NCBI GenBank assembly: GCA_963718615.1
Contig: OY970368.1
Span: 4,128,001 to 4,192,000 of the forward strand
From: an uncultured cyanobacterium
Lineage (GTDB): Bacteria; Cyanobacteriota; Cyanobacteriia; PCC-9006; JAAUQQ01
Length of the DNA: 64,000 nucleotides
Direction of reading: 5' to 3'
The first letter of the stretch is position 1. Each line of letters opens with the position of its first letter. A model generated the notes under the pieces. It made no database searches, was not told the DNA's origin, and saw nothing but the letters and a program-made list of their open reading frames with translations. Position numbers and translations under genes: made by a program. Shown one piece after another: positions 59,857 through 64,000 of the stretch.

Positions 59857-60777
59857 ATGCCCATCCTCCGCTACGCCTACTACCCCGGCTGCGTCGCCCA
59901 AGGGGCCTGCCGCGAGCTCTACCAGTCCACGGCCATTTTGGCCCAGGCCCTAGATATCGAACTGCTCGAACTCAAAAAGGCCGCCTGCTGCGGTTCCGGG
60001 ACATTTAAGGAAGAATCCCCGTTGCTCGAAGACACGGTGAACGCCCGCAATATCACCCTAGCAGAACAGCTAGGCTTGCCGCTACTGACCCATTGCAGTA
60101 CCTGTCAGGGGGTGATTGGCCATGTGGATGAGCGGTTGAAGGAGGCCCAAGGTAACGATCCAGCCTATGTTGCTCAAGTCAATGGCTGGCTCGCTCAGCA
60201 GGGCTGCCAACCCTACCAAGGTTCCACGGAGGTGAAGCATTTGCTCTGGGCCTTGGTGGGGGACTATGGCCTCGATCGCCTAGCAGAAAAAGTGACCCGA
60301 CGGCTCAGCGGCCTCAAATGCGCGGCGTTTTATGGCTGCTACCTGCTGCGGGCCCAGAAGCATTTGCCCTTTGATGACCCGTTTAATCCGCGATCGCTCG
60401 AAAATCTCTTCGAAACCCTCGGCGCAACCCCAGTGGTTTACCCCGGCAGAACTCAATGCTGCGGCTGGCCCCTATCGAGCTACGCCACGGAGACTTCGTT
60501 CAAAATGGCGGGATCCCATATTCAAGCAGCCCTTGATGCCGGAGCCGACTGTATTGTTACCCCCTGTCCCCTTTGCCATTTAAATTTAGATTCGCGTCAG
60601 CCAGAAGTGGAAAAGGTGGTGGGGCGATCGCTCAGCCTTCCGATTCTGCACCTCTCCCAGCTTGTGGCCTTGGCCCTAGGGGTGGAACCCAAAGCCCTAG
60701 GGCTCGATCGCCATGGGGTGAGCACTCAATCGGTTTTAGCAAAGCTCACCCCAGCAACCGTTTCAGCCCGTCACTAG
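59857..60777 (+). CDS. Heterodisulfide reductase subunit B-like (CCG domain) Fe-S protein
   Basis: YAYYPGC, two CCG motifs, CSTC, FYGC, TPCPLC. Confidence 0.9.
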   Translation: MPILRYAYYPGCVAQGACRELYQSTAILAQALDIELLELKKAACCGSGTFKEESPLLEDTVNARNITLAEQLGLPLLTHCSTCQGVIGHVDERLKEAQGNDPAYVAQVNGWLAQQGCQPYQGSTEVKHLLWALVGDYGLDRLAEKVTRRLSGLKCAAFYGCYLLRAQKHLPFDDPFNPRSLENLFETLGATPVVYPGRTQCCGWPLSSYATETSFKMAGSHIQAALDAGADCIVTPCPLCHLNLDSRQPEVEKVVGRSLSLPILHLSQLVALALGVEPKALGLDRHGVSTQSVLAKLTPATVSARH

Positions 60778-60997
60778 CCAAGGGGAGCCCGGATTATTAC
60801 AATCCTTGAAGTTTTGATTACAGTCCGCCGGGGCCAGTAAATCCTAGGTGTAGACTGAAATTCAATTCTGATAACAATGCCGACAGCCTGCCTAGGCAGA
60901 AGCTGCGTTACCAGATTAGCGCTCCAGGGATTCCCATGGGCGTTTTTCAGTATCGTTTGCTTTTTCTGGGTAGCTGTTATTTCACGGTGATCCTTAG

Positions 60998-61294
<297 letters not shown>

Positions 61295-61317
61295 ACTTTT
61301 TCGTTATCTAGATTTGG

Positions 61318-61348
61318 CCGAGGGAAGCTCTGTTTCCCTCGGTTTTTT
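61318..61348 (+). terminator. Intrinsic terminator of psaC
   Basis: CCGAGGGAA-gctctgt-TTCCCTCGG-TTTTTT. Confidence 0.85.
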
Positions 61349-61379
61349 ATATGGGTTTTTTATATGGGTTTTTTATATG
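61341..61379. repeat. 13-bp repeat x3
   Basis: GGTTTTTTATATG x3, starting in the terminator tail. Confidence 0.9.
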
Positions 61380-61487
61380 GCTCGACAAATGAGCCCCCAC
61401 CAGTCCACCATGGTCTATCGATCGCCAAACGCTGCGCTACCATAACAGCGATCTGCGTTCTTGTCCGCGTTCTAGGGAGTTGACCAT

Positions 61488-63416
61488 ATGTGCGGCATTG
61501 TCGGTTATGTCGGAACTCAAGCCTCGACCCCCATTCTGCTTGAAGGTCTGCGTAAGCTGGAATACCGGGGCTATGACTCGGCAGGAATTGCCACGGTCTG
61601 GGACGGCAAACTCAATCGCATTCGGGCCAAGGGCAAGCTCCTCAATCTAGAAGCCAAACTGGCAACCCATCAAACTCCCGCCCAAATCGGCATTGGCCAT
61701 ACCCGCTGGGCGACCCACGGCAAGCCAGAAGAGCATAACGCGCATCCCCACTTCGACATAACTAGCCGGGTGGCGGTCGTCCAAAACGGCATTGTGGAAA
61801 ATTACCGGGAACTGCGGGAGGAGCTCAAGGGCGGTGGCTGCGAGTTCTTTTCCGAAACGGACACAGAAGTCATTCCGAATCTGATTGAGCGCACCCTGGC
61901 GGAAATGCGGAGCCAAGGCGAACTTGATGCCTTTGATTCCCCCCTCACCGAAGCGACCAGGCGGGTGGTGAATCGGCTGGAGGGAGGATTTGCGATCGTG
62001 GTTCTCTGTGTGGACTACCCCGATGAGCTGGTGGCAGCTCGGCAACAGGCCCCGCTGGTGATCGGCTTTGGTCAGGGGGAATTTTTCTGCGCGTCGGATA
62101 CGCCGGCCCTGCTCAACCACACCCGCGCTGTTTTGACCCTGGAAAATAGTGAAATGGCGACGCTGACGCCTTTAGGGGTTTCGATCAGCGACTTTAAGGG
62201 TCGTCGCCTGCGCAAACAGCCTCGCCTCCTCAGCGGCACCCTCGATACGGCGGAAAAGGGAGGCTACAAGCACTTCATGCTCAAGGAAATCCATGAGCAA
62301 CCGGGCGTCGTGCGGGCTTGTCTAGAAGCTTATATGCCCCAGCGCCAAGAGCCTGAGGGCACCCACACTGAAAAAAATCCAGCGGTTCCCCCCCATCGCT
62401 CCCCGGTACAGCTCAATCTGCCAGAAACGCTCTATACGGATCTCCAGCATGTCCAAATTTTGGCCTGTGGCACCAGTTGGCATGCGAGCTTGGTGGGCCG
62501 TCACCTAATCGAACAATTGGCGGGAATTCCAACGACCGTTCATTACTCTTCCGAATTTCGCTATGCGCCGCCGCCCATGATGGCCCATACGCTGACCATT
62601 GGGGTGACCCAGTCTGGTGAAACCGCTGACACGCTGGCGGCTCTGGAGATGGAAAAGGAACGCCGCAAAGGCTATGCCGATCCGACTTTTGCTGCCCGAT
62701 TTTTAGGGATTACCAATCGCCCAGAAAGCACTCTGGCCCAGTTCACGCCCCATTTAATTACAACGCCTGCGGGGATTGAGGTGGGGGTTGCGGCGACGAA
62801 AACCTTCTTGGCACAGTTGGTGGCGTTTTATTTGCTGGCGATCGACCTCGCTCATTCCAAGGGGGTTGGGGGCGATCGCCTCACCCCAGTCATGGAAGGT
62901 CTCCGCAAACTCCCCCACCAGATCGAACATATTCTCGAAACCCAAGCCAGTGCCATTGAAACCCTCGCCCACGAATTCACTGAAACTCAAGACTTCATCT
63001 TCATCGGTCGGGGCATTAACTTCCCCATTGCCCTAGAAGGGGCGCTGAAGTTGAAGGAAATTAGCTATATCCATGCGGAGGGCTACCCAGCGGGTGAAAT
63101 GAAGCATGGTCCCATTGCGTTGCTCGATGCCAAGGTGCCGGTGGTGGCGATCGCCATGCCGGGACCGGTCTACGACAAAGTCCTCTCCAACGCCCAGGAA
63201 GCCAAAGCCCGCGATGCCCGTCTCATCGGCATTATGCCCGAAGATAACGACGCTGACTTCTTTGATGACCTCCTGACCGTTCCCACAGTGGATGAGCTGC
63301 TCTCGCCCATTCTCTCGGTGATTCCTTTGCAGCTCCTGTCCTACCACATCGCCGCCCGCCGGGGCCTTGACGTCGATCAGCCAAGGAACCTGGCCAAGAG
63401 CGTTACAGTGGAATAA
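61488..63416 (+). CDS. glmS: Glutamine--fructose-6-phosphate transaminase (isomerizing)
   Basis: MCGIVG, LEYRGYDSAG, GHTRWATHG, QSGETADT, EMKHGP, PRNLAKSVTVE. Confidence 0.98.
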   Translation: MCGIVGYVGTQASTPILLEGLRKLEYRGYDSAGIATVWDGKLNRIRAKGKLLNLEAKLATHQTPAQIGIGHTRWATHGKPEEHNAHPHFDITSRVAVVQNGIVENYRELREELKGGGCEFFSETDTEVIPNLIERTLAEMRSQGELDAFDSPLTEATRRVVNRLEGGFAIVVLCVDYPDELVAARQQAPLVIGFGQGEFFCASDTPALLNHTRAVLTLENSEMATLTPLGVSISDFKGRRLRKQPRLLSGTLDTAEKGGYKHFMLKEIHEQPGVVRACLEAYMPQRQEPEGTHTEKNPAVPPHRSPVQLNLPETLYTDLQHVQILACGTSWHASLVGRHLIEQLAGIPTTVHYSSEFRYAPPPMMAHTLTIGVTQSGETADTLAALEMEKERRKGYADPTFAARFLGITNRPESTLAQFTPHLITTPAGIEVGVAATKTFLAQLVAFYLLAIDLAHSKGVGGDRLTPVMEGLRKLPHQIEHILETQASAIETLAHEFTETQDFIFIGRGINFPIALEGALKLKEISYIHAEGYPAGEMKHGPIALLDAKVPVVAIAMPGPVYDKVLSNAQEAKARDARLIGIMPEDNDADFFDDLLTVPTVDELLSPILSVIPLQLLSYHIAARRGLDVDQPRNLAKSVTVE

Positions 63417-63461
63417 TTCCCCAAATGAAACAAAAGCACTACTAGGGAATAGGAATGCCCC

Positions 63462-64000
63462 ATGTATCTCACGAGTCAACAGTTCGAGGCCCTGATGCCC
63501 GACGCCAGTCAGCTTTTGAGCGATGAACCGGAAATGGAGAGTTCTTTGCACTACATGCAGCTGCTGCTTTTGGTGACTTGCTTAGAATGGCTCTGGCGAG
63601 ATCGCGAAGATTTTTTTATCGGAGCCAATCTGACGATCTATTTCAGCCGAGAACAGCTCAAAAGCCGAGACTACCGAGGCCCAGATTTCTTTTTGGTCAA
63701 AGACACTGAGAAACGCCCTCGCCCTTCCTGGGTCATTTGGGAAGAGGATGGGCAATATCCCAATGTCATCATCGAATTGCTGTCTCCCTCAACGGAGGCG
63801 GTGGATCGGGGGCTAAAGAAAACGCTTTACCAAGATCGCTTCCGCACACCGGAGTATTTTTGGTTTAGTCCTGAGACGCTGGAATTTCAGGGATTTCGCC
63901 TGGTTAGAGCCCAGTACGAAGGGATCCTGCCCAATGAACAGGGTTGGCTTTGGAGTCAGGAGTTAGGGCTGTATTTGGGCATTGAGGGGAGGCATTTACG
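63462..64000 (+). CDS. Uma2 family (PD-(D/E)XK) endonuclease, runs off the window end
   Basis: Translated by hand from ATG 63462: SDEPEMESSLH...GANLTIYFS...RGPDFFLV...SWVIWEE...PNVIIELLSPST..VD...KK.LYQ..FRTPEYFWF. Confidence 0.88.
   Translation, partial: MYLTSQQFEALMPDASQLLSDEPEMESSLHYMQLLLLVTCLEWLWRDREDFFIGANLTIYFSREQLKSRDYRGPDFFLVKDTEKRPRPSWVIWEEDGQYPNVIIELLSPSTEAVDRGLKKTLYQDRFRTPEYFWFSPETLEFQGFRLVRAQYEGILPNEQGWLWSQELGLYLGIEGRHL

Noticed and set aside
63462-64000. Uma2 nuclease as a defence system or mobile element
   Set aside because: Highly multicopy family in cyanobacteria; partial gene with no supporting context

Overview
Cyanobacterial chromosome window (HIP1 GCGATCGC octamer throughout, psaC). 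It has three parts. (1) 1-29 kb, secondary metabolism. An enediyne-type iterative PKS (PksE-like) is split into a KS-AT gene and an ACP-ACP-KR-DH-PPTase-TE-TE gene. Back-to-back with it is a second cluster: alpha/beta hydrolase, reducing type I PKS (KS-AT-DH-degenerate ER-KR-ACP), alpha-oxoamine synthase, stand-alone enoyl reductase, MBL hydrolase, RetSat/CrtI-like flavoprotein and DUF2141. A V4R protein and an RND pump follow. (2) 29-55 kb, surface and signalling island: a double-glycine-leader Trp-rich small protein, two paralogous cadherin/Ig/SdrD-B/RTX exoproteins, an HExxH metalloprotease, an FHA-like exoprotein / TPR-CHAT protease / DUF928 operon, an orphan fatty acyl-AMP ligase and an HTH-AAA_35 / AAA_35-CHASE2 pair. 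(3) 55-64 kb, core genes: proteasome-type protease, tkt, fabF, acpP, HdrB-like protein, psaC, glmS and a partial Uma2. The most notable observations are the split PksE with a duplicated helix at the junction and a fused thioesterase pair with complementary motifs, the PKS + oxoamine synthase + trans-ER amino-lipid logic, and the AAA_35/CHASE2 receptor pair. All assignments come from motif recognition by eye; no database searches were run.
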